Shown here: positions 38,726 through 51,624 of the stretch, in pieces
Layout of the letters: every line of letters begins with the position of its first letter
Position numbering within the stretch: position 1 is the stretch's first letter
DNA from: Ramazzottius varieornatus
Lineage: Eukaryota; Animalia; Tardigrada
Assembly (NCBI GenBank): GCA_001949185.1
Contig: BDGG01000003.1
Coordinates: 2,897,158 to 2,961,157, forward strand
Reading direction: 5' to 3'
Length of the DNA stretch: 64,000 nt
Program-made: the position numbers and the translations under genes
Notes under the pieces: generated by a model
Database searches by the model: none
What the model was told of the DNA's origin: nothing
What the model saw: the letters and a program-made list of their open reading frames with translations, nothing else

Positions 38726-41310
38726 ATGTTGCCCAAGTTATTTTCTCTGATCGTTTCGATCCTCCTCCTATCGACACAAATACGATGCCAAGAAGAGGCC
38801 CCGCTCGATCCCGATGGGACAGGTCCCGTCGATGTCCCTAACACCAAAACGCCGGAAGTGGATGCGGTAGAACCGGAAGTCACTCCTGGACCAGCAGCTG
38901 ACGTCGTGGAAGCAGGTGCAGCAACTGCTCCCCTGGTCGAAGATCAGTCTACCGTAGATCCTTTACCGACCCTTCAACCTGTTGCGCCTGAATCTGCAGC
39001 TATTCCTACATACGCTGTTGTCGAAGAGGCAACGGTAACCACGCCAGCACCCGCGGAAGTCGTGGAGGAAGCCTCTACTGTCGCAGATGTCACTGAAGAA
39101 ACTGTGACGGGGGAAACTACTACCGTCGACACCACTGCTGCCACAGTTTTGGCCACCGCGACTCTAGTGCCGGATACGACGACTGGAATCGTCATCATAG
39201 CCGCACCTGTTGCTGCCGTCTCACCCGATGCTTTTCCTGAAGGTACCAGTCGATCGAAATATAAAGTAGTCTCATCTTTTGTCAAATCCAACAAGTTGTG
39301 AGATTGCAAAACTCGCGAGATCATTTTCTCCGAATACGATACATCATTCGGTAGCTCGGTAAACAAGCCCGACAAGCCTATTTTCTTCAAGTGGCGCACG
39401 CCTCTATTGTTGTTGGCTGAAAGCGTGCGTCAGTTGAGAACGTGTTCTTATCGAGATTGTTTGCGGAGCTCCCATTTTCCAAGCTTTAGTTCGCTTTTAT
39501 CTATCGAGAAGTTAGCTCTCTGAGAGTTTCGGTAATCATCCCAGAGATTCCTTACAGATGCCACGGACAGTTCGTCAAGTACAACGACAGGAACAAGTAC
39601 GACAGTCGCAGGTTTCGTTCCGATAATTGGAGTTGCTCCAGTTCTCGGCAAGACCGACTTGGCTGAAGAACCTGAAACACCTGTTGATGTCGAAGAGGCC
39701 GTGGTGGATGACACCACTACACCTGTACCGATACTTATATCGGCAGTTCCTGTAGCTGAGACGACCACAAAGAGCTCAAGCCCGATCCTATTTGGGTCAG
39801 CTGGAAGTGGGCCGGAGACAGGTGCTGCGGGTGAAGCGGAGCCCAAGTGGGCTCCCGGACCAACGTGGTCCTCCACGCCGTTGCCAGTCATCCCCATCAC
39901 CGATCGTAGACTTGGTTTCGGTAACTAAACTGAACCTGTTGTACTGTGTTCATCTTCCGCGCTGACAGTGGTTTTGTATTTTATAGCTTCACGATGGGAA
40001 GGCTTCAAGAGCTGGATCAATCAGTGGGGACTGTTGCTGTTCGGTCTATTGTTGCTGCTGTTGATCATCTTAGTTATGATTTATGCATGTTGTTGTATGA
40101 AGTAAGTGAAGAGAGATTTTTACCATTTTTCGAATGTTTCCGATGAATATTCGGGTGATAACTGGTATTGTTTGCTTGTTACAGAAAGGCGGCTGCGCCG
40201 GTCGAAAAAGAGCGAATCGACATTGAGCGTACTGAACGCCTCCGGCCAGTCGATCTACTGCGACAGAGCGATAAGTCATACCAAGAAGACTTATCTTCAG
40301 GAACTGTCGTCCAGTCTTATCGCGAGACCACCACCACCATAAGGGAAACTGGCCAGGGCGCTCCTTTGGGTGCCGGTACTCCCCATAACAGCTTCGCTCA
40401 AGTACCGAGTACCCATTCTGGTGGCATCGAGAACCAGAACTTCCGGGCTACACCAAACAGCGGAACCGGTAAGTAAAGTCCATCCATCCTGCGTCAGTGA
40501 AACAATTTTTCTGTAGATATTCAGGGGACTTAAAAACTAAACCTTTTGCTTCAACGAATCCACTTGATCCCGCAATGGGAGGTCGCAGGTACAATGGCGA
40601 TAACCTGTACATACCTGCATACAGTAAACCGAAGTGTTGTGTACGACCTACTGTATGCAGGCTGTTGAAAGGATGTCCGTTTTATCGCCCTCTTTCGCAC
40701 TTCGATATAACGTTTCAGTTGCTGATCGAGAAAGATGATCTTTTCCCCTTACACTTGACGAAAGCTGGTTGGTTTCGTTGGGGATTATGGAGAGTTTTCA
40801 ACAGGTTACAAGTTCATAAATCCTCGCCATTTGGACAGTGGCGTCATCGCCCACAGCCCCACTCCACCACCCAGCTACGGTGATCGTCGCTTGGACGTTC
40901 CTCCCAATCGTCTCTCCTCGCGTGACGTCATTTTCGCTTCTCGAGCTCCCACCGCCGTCAGTGCCGAAGCTCCCTCCGTCCCACTTCACTCGGGAACTCT
41001 CGAGCGAGACGCCAGTTTGGATCGTGACCGGCCAGTACTCCGAGGTGGAAACCCTGACCGATCCAGCTCTCCGCGACCTTACAGCGTCCACCGTACCACC
41101 TTGCTGATAACTCCCAGTGTCAACCGTGATCCCGATCAGCCATTCAACCCCGCTGAACAGAACTCCGGTCTAACGTACAGCGACTATGTAGGCATGATCC
41201 GTGGAGAGCCCAGTGACTTTGGCCAGTACTCGCCCGATCGACGACCACTGCCCGCCTACAGCAGCAGCGGACGTCTGTTGCGTGAAAACAACACCGAATC
41301 GCAAGTTTAG
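38726..41310 (+). CDS. Mucin-like type I membrane protein with a C-terminal PDZ-binding-like motif
   Basis: Signal peptide MLPKLFSLIVSILLLSTQIRC, Thr/Pro/Ala/Glu-rich ectodomain, TM GLLLFGLLLLLLIILVMIYACCC and a disordered tail ending ESQV*. Confidence 0.8.
39353..39460. repeat. Palindromic repeat family copy (intron)
   Basis: AGCTCGGTAAACAAGCCCGACAAG..CAAGTGGCGCACG..TTGGCTG..CGTGCG. Confidence 0.8.
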
Positions 41311-42258
41311 AAGAAGCTGAAAGATGGCGGTGTTTAGCTTATGTAAGTTTCTTTATCTTTCCAATAGGGCTTCCGTCCTGGTACATAAAGTTCCACGTAG
41401 ACTTTAATCCTTTTGTTGGAGCTGTCACGCCCTATGTTTCCTGCTCTTTTGTTGATATACTACTGTTGTTTACCGTTATTTTGTCGTATTCCAGTAAACA
41501 GAAAACTGTGTTATCAGCAGCCACATCTGTTCGTGAAAATGGCGGTCCGCAAAAGCTGGAGCAGCTTCCCCAATCCCCACAGACCACAGTTCAGAGCTGC
41601 CCCGGGCCCGGCCAGTCTAGGCGATAATGCCGCGATATAGGATCAATCAATACTACAAAACCACATGTGACGTCGTCAGCCTCCTCGTACGAAGTTGAGA
41701 AAACATGTTTGCGGATTTGAATTTTGAAATCTTTGGTTGAATTATTCTTCTTTCACGTTTTCTTTTCGGACCTGAGCCATCTTGAGACTTCGGTTGGCTG
41801 ACTTTGCCTCCGTGGTGCTCCTGCCTGCAGGCTGTACTTCCGAAGAACGGGCGTGGCCCAGTTTCAGCTTCCAGGTACTCGCCTTGTAAACGGATAATAC
41901 AAGTTGCTCCCGCGTGCTTCTGCGTTTCTGGATCATAGCCACAGGATCAGGTAAGCTTGGTCTCATTCAATGTCTGTATGGTCAGTCTGTCTTTGTCATT
42001 CCTTACGTGTTGTGGCATACATACAGTATGCTCCAATGGATCATTGTTTCAGGTGGAAAAAGGTCGTGTGAAGTTTGTAGCGAGTCACGGATCTCCTTTA
42101 TCTGACGTCAGTTGATAATGGACGAGACGGATTCTGATGCGTGACATGAAGTGGGTAACCCGCATGCTGCATGCGTGAAGGATCAACATACGTTCGCACG
42201 AAACTCGGCGATACACGCTAGGCAACTTCCCACACGATTGTTTTCCTGAAAACTAAGA

Positions 42259-43654
42259 ATGGGGTATGATCTGGAGCGTTTCGAAGATCCCGCGAGCGTC
42301 GACAAGGAGCTGTTATGCACCATCTGCGGAGGTGTCTTCATCAACCCTGTTGAGGTGAGTATTGTTTTGCTTGATTGCATCTAGCTTTTGCTGACGTTGC
42401 GCTCAATTAACTTCTGGTATTGGTGGTGACTTTGACAGTTTTGGTTTGTTGTTTGCAGCTTCCCAAATGCGAGCATGTCTTCTGCAAGTATGTATTTTTT
42501 ATCTTGTCGTTTTCCAAGTCCGAGATTTCAGGCAACAAGGCATTGGTTTCCCTTCTGCAAGGGCCTGCTTGGACCGCTGGATGCAGGAACAACCGCGATG
42601 TCCCATCGATCGAGAGATGATTAGTTCCAAGGCACCTCCCGCGCCTGCTCCACGCATCTACCGGACGATATTACAGCGATTAAGGATTCATTGCCAGTTT
42701 TACGAGCATGGATGTGCAGCCATTATCTCCCTGGACCAGGTGGAATCGCATGAAGCCACTTGTGAACACAACCCTGAAGGCCTCGTAAGCGTCTTCTTCC
42801 CTTTCCTAAATTTCCTGTTTTGTACTGATCACATTTCTTCCTTTTGCAACTTATTTAGATTGAAACAGCCGTAAGTGCTAGGAATTTTGCTGTATATATC
42901 GTTTCGTTCAGGTTATGTGCGATAAGGGTTGCGGGACCGACTATAAGAAATCCGCTAAATGGGAGCACAACTGCGTGGCCATACTTCGACAAAAACTCGA
43001 CGAGTCCTTCACGCTGATTCACAACATGACGACGGAAATCTCGGACCTGAAACGGAAAGTGAAAGAGTTGGAAGAAGGCAAAGGATATCGTCGAGCTCAA
43101 CCAACTGTTCGTCCCGAGCACATCGCGGAGTGGGCTGACCAACTCACTTTGGCCCAAGTCACTTACTGGGTAAACATCTCCATCTCTAGCAAAGAAACGT
43201 GTCTTCATGTTGGTTATTCTGTGTAGGGTGGATTGATCAGTACGCCTGACAGTTATCTTCAGACGCAAGTGAAGGAAGCTCTAGAGCAGAGTTGTCTGAA
43301 CACAAATTGTCCAGCAGAGCTGATTGACCTTCTCATGCAGAATTCTCACGAACGAGCTTGGCCTCCTGGCTTGCGAACGCTGGAACGAAGGCTCTTCAAC
43401 CGCACAATCTACGAAGGTTATGCCTGTCGCAGAGTTCCTGGAAGCCAAGCTGTCGTCATTCTCTCCCAAGACAATCGTCACGTAAGTCCACAGTCATTTC
43501 GGTATCTTCCATTAGACTGGTTATTAGGTTACGAGCTCGTACTGATGGGTGTGTGTGTTTGCAGATGAGCGACGACATGATCCTGCATCCGGGCTTGATA
43601 GTTATCTTCGCACACGGCGTGGAGGATTCGAATTTCTCCGATATCCGCGACTGA
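42259..43654 (+). CDS. RNF41: E3 ubiquitin ligase NRDP1/RNF41
   Basis: MGYDLERF..CTICGGVF..CEHVFCKACLDRW..CPIDR RING, a SIAH/TRAF-type zinc finger, WGGLISTPD, NSHERAWPPGLRTLE, PGLIVIFAHGVE. Confidence 0.95.
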
Positions 43655-44002
43655 AACTGTACGTGTCTTGTCTTTCCAGAAAACAATTATTTTTTTTAAT
43701 TTTTCGTCCTCTGTAATTTCGTGCGGAATATCGGTTACGCATGTGTGCTTTCGGTCTCTGCGCAAAACAATCAACAAGGTTAGGCGTTTTTCTAGTATCG
43801 TAGTCCACATGATACTCTTGCAGAGCGTCTTGAATGCATATTATTTATATTTTTCTGTTTTCAAAATTGTAGTACTGTAGTTTTGTGATGTGCAACGATA
43901 ATGCCGTCTATGATATTTTATTAGCTGCCTTTTTTGGTAGCATCGGAAACGAAGTCGACAACGGGATGTAAAAATGGAAACATGAAAGGTGTTCAAAAGT
44001 TT

Positions 44003-46975
44003 TCATAATTTGAGGCGCTTTATCTCGTCGGACCGAAAGTCTGTCCTTAAAGCTAAAATCAATCTGGCTTCGCTCGGGGTGATCCGCCACGAAAGACTAA
44101 TACCCGAAGCAGGATTCCACAAGTCCAGAAACTCGTTTAAACTATCAACATTGAGTATCGTCACAATCTGAATAATTCTAGCGAACTTGTCTCGGATAGA
44201 CCAACCGGTGATGGAGCTGAGATAATGCAGCAGTCTCGACCGGATTTCCTTGTCAACCTGAAGACCTCCCAACTACAATAAAACCCTTCGTTAACCATCG
44301 GAAAGTCTCACAGAAAGGTTTGACGAAATATAATATCTTCTTACTCGGCTGTACTTTTGCTTCACAACGCACTTCTCCAGTTGTTCGGCGACTTCTGTGG
44401 CCACATACTTGACCAAGTGTTCGAAGTTGTTCTTGGTTAAAGAGGTCTCGAACAGTCCCAGTAGAGTCTGGATATTGAATACAAAGTTCTCCACGAATGG
44501 ATCGGTAGTTTCGTAGACGGCGTACTCTTCCTCAGTGATATCGTGGTTGACGCTGTTGAACGCATCAACCAGTGGCTTGATCCGTGGCTTCAGGATGGCC
44601 GCGTGCAGTTGAGAAATGCCAGAGTCGACCACGACACGGAAAGCGTGCGCTGCTTGGGACAATTCCGCCAAGGTACTCTAAAACCATAGCGCAACCTTCA
44701 CATGAAGACTTCTTCACAGAAGAAAGAGAACTAACGAAGTTTTTACCCTACCCTGATTTTCTCCTTTTCCAAATCCAAGATTTCCGGCAACGTGGCATCG
44801 GTTTCCCTCTAAAAAGACAGAAATGTTTATCACCACTACGAATGTTCCCGTCAAATTGAGTTATTCGGATATCGAAACTACGGCCCAAGTACCTCTAAAT
44901 TTTCTGCCAGAGTGCGCAGATAGTCCACACTGACATCTGCATCGTTGAGGTTCGCTAGGAACGCTTTACGGTTCTTATCATACAAGTCCATGTCGACCGG
45001 CGCGCTGGTGCCGATCATCGAGTAGTACGCTTGGGACAGGTCGATCGTGTACACGACATACGAATTGCCTTTTAGCTTCTCATGGAGGACTGTTGCGAAG
45101 TCTTCCTGAAGAACACTGATGGCATGGTTCAGTATCGCACAGATACCATCTACGCTAGTACTGGAAAGCGCCCGACGAACGCTCTTCCGCACAACGAAAA
45201 AGACGTCGTCCACCATGCTGGACGTCATTGAGTTCTCCTCGATCTGCTCCATACTGATGGCTTTCTTTACGGACTGCCTCATGTAATACTCTTCGATGGT
45301 GATGTAATCGCCGATGAGTTCTTGCATGGTTCTGTTCAGCTGGGATGCTTCGAGGAACCGACTTATCTGTTTCCGCCTATCTGTGAAAAAAACCGTTCTG
45401 TACAACTTTGAAAATCCATAGGTGCAGTAGAAGCATGAGTACCTTCTTTTTCCTTGTGAGTTTTATCGATAGCGGAAAAGTCCGCCGTCAGTTTCTTCCG
45501 AAGGAACCGCAAATAAAGATCGACTCGCGTACTGATGACCGTCACTTCGATGAGCAATGCTTCCAGCTCCAATGGATCAATCCTGAAATATAAGGTAGCT
45601 TAAGTAACATCTTGCGCAGGTGAAAAGACGGAACTCGGATAATATACACGGAATGAAGACTTGTGCTGGTGGACTTGGTCGATCGTCGAGCGAAGTTGCG
45701 TATCTGCTTTGCGCGTTCGGAAAACTGTCGAAACCTGACGAACTCTTCCACCATCTTGACACCCTGACGGTCGCATTCGCTCTGGATGTACTCAACAAAG
45801 TGGAAAAGGTATCCGGAACCATAGTAGGTTTCAACAAGTGGCTCATATGTTTCAACGGCATGCGCCACTGTTTCGACGAACTTGGTTATCAGCTCGACGA
45901 AGAAGGAAGTGGAAAGGTCCTTGCGATTCGCTTCTTTTATAGAACTCCTCGCTGTTTCCAGAAGGCTCTGCGCCTTGTCGGAGATCTGTATATCAAGAAC
46001 AATAAAGAACCAAATCTTCAGAGGAAGACGGCTGGCATGCTGGAATCATATAACGACACCAGAACGAAACGGGCACAGCGGATGAATCGGCCACCCCTTA
46101 CTGTAACGATCTCGCACGCGTGACCGACTCGCCGTTCGTGCCTCGTAACTCCGATACTTACGTTAGAGCACAAATACGTGCAGAACTTCTTCAGTCCAAC
46201 GGCATGCAGATTTAGAAGTGGGAATATCTTGAATAGCCGTTCGACGTTAGCCACATCGGCGGTGTTGAGTGCTTCTTCGAAGCGGACATTGATAATGGTT
46301 TCGAGCTTATGTTGAGCTTCTTGGAGCAGCGATAGCGATTCCTTCAAGCTGCTTCGCTGCTGCATGTCGTCCGCGCTGTTCAGCAGCCCACTCTTGTCCA
46401 TCTTCAAGAAGCGATTGACGTGCATAGCTGCCACTTCGTATTCTTCGTTCTCCATGGCGAGACGAACACCTTCGGTGCAAAAGCTGAGGTCGAGGACGTC
46501 TTCTATGCGCTGGAGGCATTCTTCCACTATGTGCTTTGCAGAGTCCAGGTGCCGGATCTTGCCACTGACGCTGTCGGCGAGCTCCGCGGAGAAGCCTAAC
46601 GTACGCTTCAAGTGTGCAGCTTCATCTTCCAACAGTACGACGGCATCTCTAGGAAAATGCGGCGTATGACAAGGGTAGACAATGCAACTGGAAGCGAGTT
46701 TCAGTCGTGTTACGTTCGTACGTACCAACCTGATTTCCAGCAAGGTTTTCTCGTTCTTTTGCGTTTCCACGTTCCCCGCTAGCAGCTCTCCGATCTCCCG
46801 ATTAAGCTCGTCCTGGAATAGATGCCTTATTACCGAAAGAGGTGCCGTAAAAAATTACGGCGTAACCAGGAACGATCCACGCGCAAATTTCTCGTATTGT
46901 AGTATATTGGTATACCTCTTCAGCGCACAGCTTGTGGAAGGCTTGCTCCGCTTCTTGGCGATGCATGTACGCCAT
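44003..46975 (-). CDS. COG4: Conserved oligomeric Golgi complex subunit 4
   Basis: [87 protein letters not shown]. Includes a 57-nt exon at 44752-44808. Confidence 0.96.
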
Positions 46976-47120
46976 CCTTCAGTCACTCCTCGTCGACCCT
47001 CGATGCATCAACGCTCTGGTTCACAGATTCCTCTCGGGCCTTGGCAGATGGGACTCATAGGAGAAAACCCAGCTTCGAAGTTCGGACTTCGGAGGATTTT
47101 CACGGAAATAAAACGTAAAT

Positions 47121-47334
47121 GAGCAGTGGGCAGAGTAGATCAGTAAGGCGGGGTTAGCTTTTTGTAAGTATGGAGGGCGAACCAAATGAAAATTGTCTCT
47201 AATTAACCAATCAAGATTGTCAAATTTAGAGCTTCTGTGCCTTGATTGGTCGTCTACGGATATTCTTGATATCATGCCCTGCTCCATATAATGTCATCTC
47301 ACCACGCCTTACTGATCTACTCTGCCCACTGCTC
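47121..47334. mobile_element. 214-bp non-autonomous DNA transposon (Sola-like signature)
   Basis: Perfect 30-bp TIRs GAGCAGTGGGCAGAGTAGATCAGTAAGGCG (47121-47150 / 47305-47334), flanked by a 4-bp direct repeat AAAT (47117-47120, 47335-47338). Confidence 0.8.
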
Positions 47335-47594
47335 AAATAAAAGGTGTATACATGGTTTTACGTTACAGTCTGTCTGGCCTGTGTGGCTGCTGACTCAACT
47401 GGGCGGTGACGTTCGCTGGCAGAGTTGCAGTCTGGCAGACTGTGAGGCTCTCAACTTTCACAAGTCCCACCGGCAGACAGGCTTCCATAAGTTGCATTTC
47501 CGGCTCCCGTTTCTCCCGCGAGAACCTCCGTTTCCTCCTTGATTATCCTTGTTTTCTAGGTGTTCCTTATTCCCTAGAGGACTTCTAGGAGAAC

Positions 47595-48056
47595 ATGGCC
47601 AACATCAAGGAGCGCACCTTCATCGCGATCAAGCCTGACGGTGTTCAGCGTGGTCTGGTGGGAGACATCATCAAGCGTTTCGAGCAACGTGGTTACAAGC
47701 TGGTGGCCATGAAGATGGTCCATGCCGACACCAAAATGTTGGAGGAACACTACAAGGATCTGGCCGGTAAGCCTTTCTATGCTGGCCTGGTCAAGTACAT
47801 GAACTCTGGACCGATTGTGGCCATGGTCTGGGAAGGTCTGCAAGCTGTCTCCACAGGACGTAAGCTGTTGGGTGCCACTAACCCCCTCGACAGTGCTCCT
47901 GGCACCATCCGAGGCGACTTCTGCATTCAGACTGGCCGTAACATCTGCCACGGAAGTGATGCTGTTGACAGCGCTGAGCGGGAGATTGCCTTGTGGTTTA
48001 AGAAGGAAGAACTCGTCCAGTGGGACCACCACAGTGCCCCATGGATTTACGAATAA
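47595..48056 (+). CDS. NME1: Nucleoside diphosphate kinase (group I NME/awd), intronless CDS
   Basis: [45 protein letters not shown] with the catalytic His. Confidence 0.98.
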   Translation: MANIKERTFIAIKPDGVQRGLVGDIIKRFEQRGYKLVAMKMVHADTKMLEEHYKDLAGKPFYAGLVKYMNSGPIVAMVWEGLQAVSTGRKLLGATNPLDSAPGTIRGDFCIQTGRNICHGSDAVDSAEREIALWFKKEELVQWDHHSAPWIYE

Positions 48057-48600
48057 GTTAATACTATACTTCCACCGTGCAATAGAATTCCTGTCATCGG
48101 TATGCATGATTTCTCGGTCCTCTCCTGTCTTATGGATATTCGGTTTCTCATTGTTCGGTAAGGTTCTTTTATCCTTCGGGAACGGTCTTTATTTATCTAG
48201 CGTGTTGGTCGATAGTGATCATCGAGAAGAATGTGTGCTACCTGCTACTGTGTCATTCAAAATTAAAGCTGAATCATCGATATCCGATAAAACTGACTGA
48301 AGTTCATGCTATTCACTGTGCAAGCTTCGCGCACTCTGAAGACTAGTTTCAAGTCAAGAAGAGAAGCAGGCAGAACATCATTCTTTACTTTCATTCCGTG
48401 AAGCCATGAAAAACACTAGGCAGAATAAAATCCTTTAAATGCGTAAAAAAAACTGATAAGTACGAAAGAAACTCTTTGGAATGATTTCGGTGCGTACCCA
48501 GAAATTCCTCATCCTCCTGCCACGCTCTCAAGAACAAGCAAGCATTCAAAGGTAATCAAGAAATAACCAGCTACTGTAGTACAAGTTTGTGAGAGCAGAG

Positions 48601-51055
48601 TCAGACATTATCCGCCACTTTCGCGGTAACGCCATCGTCGTTCAGCTGGGGTTCTGCAATTTTCGCTCGCTTTGTGGCTTCGGAGTTTTCAGGCGGCAGA
48701 GCTCGCTTAGGCTGCTCGACGCGTCGTACCAGATGGTTTATATCGTTGATGGGAGCCTGTTCCCTTACGGGAAGACCGGCATCCGTGTGGCACTTATCGC
48801 TAACCCCCTTCTACAAAATGAAAGAGTTACAGTACTACTGTTCCACGACTTATCCAGCGTAGTTTCACAACCTGATCTTACCAGCCAGGCATCCAGTAAG
48901 CGTTTGGCTTCATCTGTGCCCAGTCGCATGTCTTCGTAAGTATCTTGAACGCGTGTCATAAGGTCTGGAATCAGTTCGTTCAGGTCTTTCAGTTCGGCTT
49001 CCAGCTTCGTAATCTGAGCTTGCTGGACTTCGTTCGGATCCGCAGTCCCTCGGAGAGAGGCTAAGTCCAAGTTCGCTTGCACTACAGAAGAACAGACAAG
49101 TTTCTTCTTGGAGTTGGCACAGAAAAGAACACGGCCCGCAACAGGATCCCACCTTTGCAGTTTTCCAGGATCTGCACTGCTTGCTTCATGTTCTCGGCAG
49201 CATCAGGCAACAGAGCGTACATACTGAAAACAGACCCAAGGTTGAAGTAAGCTTCAGCCAGGTCGCGGTCAGCCGGACCGGTCGAAGCTTCTTTGCAGGT
49301 GTTAAGAGATCGTTCTGCTTCGAGGATCGCCAAGTTCTGATCCCCATTCTCAGCAGCGCAAAGACTCAGCTTATAATGAATCTACACAGACAGAAGCCCA
49401 TGGAGATATTTCAAAGGTTCCTGCCACGGAAACAACAGCCAAGAGAACATTGACTATAGAAAGGTACTTACATCGGACAGACGCAGCTTCTCCTCACGAG
49501 TTGCTCCCTCTTTCATTCGCTTCTCGTATCCGACTCGAGCGATCTCAAGGATCTCCCAGGCATATCGAAGTTCCGCGATGGCGTCTCCTTCGGCCCTAGT
49601 GGTGCTTCGTCTACTCTTCGACGAAGACTCAGCTCCATCTGTGCCGCCGTCCTGCGGACCATTCGTCGCACTTCCATTCTGCAACACGGAGATACGGAAT
49701 TAATGTACACGTAAACTATCAGGTATTTAACTAAGGACAAGCAGTAACTGCAGTACTGTAATGAGTGTGATGCTTCTTGAACTTTGCAAACTGACGTCAC
49801 AGCAAGCATGGGCTGTAGGCGTCAGTCCTGCCCGTACACTCCACACGCACCGTGACGTAAGTTCGCGAAGTTCAAGAAGCATTACGTACAGTATTTCATC
49901 GTTCATCTCGTTCTCTTGGATGCGTCAAGTTCGAACTTTCATCTCTCAGAATCTCTCCACTTACCGCGGTGTCTATCTGTGATCCATCACCGAGCTCGCC
50001 GCCTGGCAAAGAGTCGCCGTCGGAGTCTTCTGACGACTCCGAATCGCTCTCATCTATGGAAAACATTGGCTAAATTCAAGCTGAAATTCAAGGCATAATA
50101 AAAAAACTCGGAACGACTACATGAATTACCTGAATCAGGGTTTTCTTCGGCGTCCGCGTTGTTAGCCTCATCTATCAGCAAAACCAACAACATTTATGCT
50201 AGCCCAGGAAAGCTTTTCACTGTCAGTTATCAACTACTCGGGAGAAGCTGCGTACCTGTCAATTCCGCACTCGACTTTTCACTTGTCGAAGCGGCATTTG
50301 TTGAATCTGCTTCCACAACACTGACGGGAGAAATGTTGGAGGCAACAGATCTGACGGCAGCAGGTGAATCCTCCACACCTGATTCTACGGTCTCCAGGTC
50401 TGGAAAAAATCCATCAGACATTTGATAAATGGTAACGTCTAACCTTCTACCGTGTGGACGCGTGAATCTCTGTAAGCCAGGTTTCCTACACGTTAAAATA
50501 AAATAAATGGTGCAGTATCTCGTACCCTTCTTCGCAGTGTCGCTGAGCGGTCCAGAGCCAAGCTGATAAGCGTCCAGAAGTGCAGTGCCATATCGGTAGA
50601 CAGCGTCAACCGTGTCCACGTGCAAGTCCCCAAGCTCTTCTTTCCTGAACGGAAGTGGAGGTGTTTTAGCACTACGCTCATTGGGAATACATTAAAGCAA
50701 ATTTAAGCAATCAACGCTACGCACAACGTGACACAGACATCATCCAAGAGATCGATGGCAGTGGCGTAGTCCGCTGGATTGTCCTTCAGTTTGCCCATCG
50801 CCATCTTCAGAAGCATCTTTGCCGTGTTGACCCGATCCCAGTTACTACAAGGAGAATGCCACACTTCGCGAGAACGATGCGCTTGTTGAGGGTTGAGACT
50901 TACATGCTATTCGACGATCCAGACGTTCCCGGCATGGATGAAAACGCTTTCTCGCCATCTTGCTCTGTGTGACTCACTTCCGTAGTCTTGCCCGTGAACT
51001 CCGTAGATTCTGTCGATGGCTGCGGCATCGTTTCAGGCTCCGGAATAGAATCCAT
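48601..51055 (-). CDS. NASP: NASP/Sim3-like SHNi-TPR histone chaperone
   Basis: TPR YRYGTALLD interrupted by an acidic insert, LRYAWEILEIAR, RDLAEAYFNLG, ELKDLNELIPDL, C-terminal DINHLVRR and a bipartite NLS-like KR...KRAK. Confidence 0.85.
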
Positions 51056-51388
51056 CCTTAGAGACGCGGCTAGGACAGTACCCACTAAATTCTTTAGAGA
51101 TAGCAAGATATACAGTAGGATAGAGCATCAATTCCGCGCTCCGCCAGTGTAAACAGGATTCCCTTTTACAACTCACAGATCCTGAAGCACAGAGTGCGGC
51201 TTGGTACCTGGAGTACAGACGACGATGTACAAGAATCACTTCGTCAGGAAACAAGAAGTGAGAAGGAACAAAGAAAATTCTTGCAGCGCGGCCAGAGGCT
51301 GAAATTTTGTTTATGGAAGGTGACATCTCCCCGTCCAGCCAAGGGGTCTCAGATTCCCAGAGACAGATCATTCATAGCCCCAGGGTGG

Positions 51389-51414
51389 GAGAGAGAGAGA
51401 GAGAGAGAGAGAGA
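51389..51414. repeat. (GA)n microsatellite
   Basis: Run of about 12-13 GA units. Confidence 0.9.
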
Positions 51415-51624
51415 TTTATTATCAGCCTCGATAATCCAGTCAACGGCCTCCTCGATGTTCGGAGGATGAAATGTGGAATAATATTCGATAACAGGTCAGC
51501 ATTGATCGTGAAAGGTTCAGCTTGAATTCTAGGCAGGACATTCAGTTTGCAAGAGCGGTTAATGATACATTTTGGACGGTGAACTTGTAATGCAGTGAGA
51601 TGCTAAGTGCGTTACTCAGAGGGA

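Noticed and set aside
4356-39545. Palindromic repeat as an introner that creates whole introns
   Set aside because: The element lies inside introns with unrelated flanks and does not supply splice sites. It also occurs intergenically.
44640-44662. AAGCGTGCGCTGCTTGGGA, resembling the repeat's right arm
   Set aside because: It lies in a COG4 coding exon (SQAAHAF) with no partner arm, so it is probably chance.
47595-48056. Intronless NDPK as a retrocopy
   Set aside because: There is no poly(A) remnant or TSD, it has a probable 5'UTR intron acceptor and intact catalytic motifs, and intron loss is simpler.
27568-49799. Four perfect CRE palindromes TGACGTCA (27568, 31312, 42103, 49792)
   Set aside because: About one is expected by chance. 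Three lie upstream of start codons, but 8-mers alone cannot support a call.
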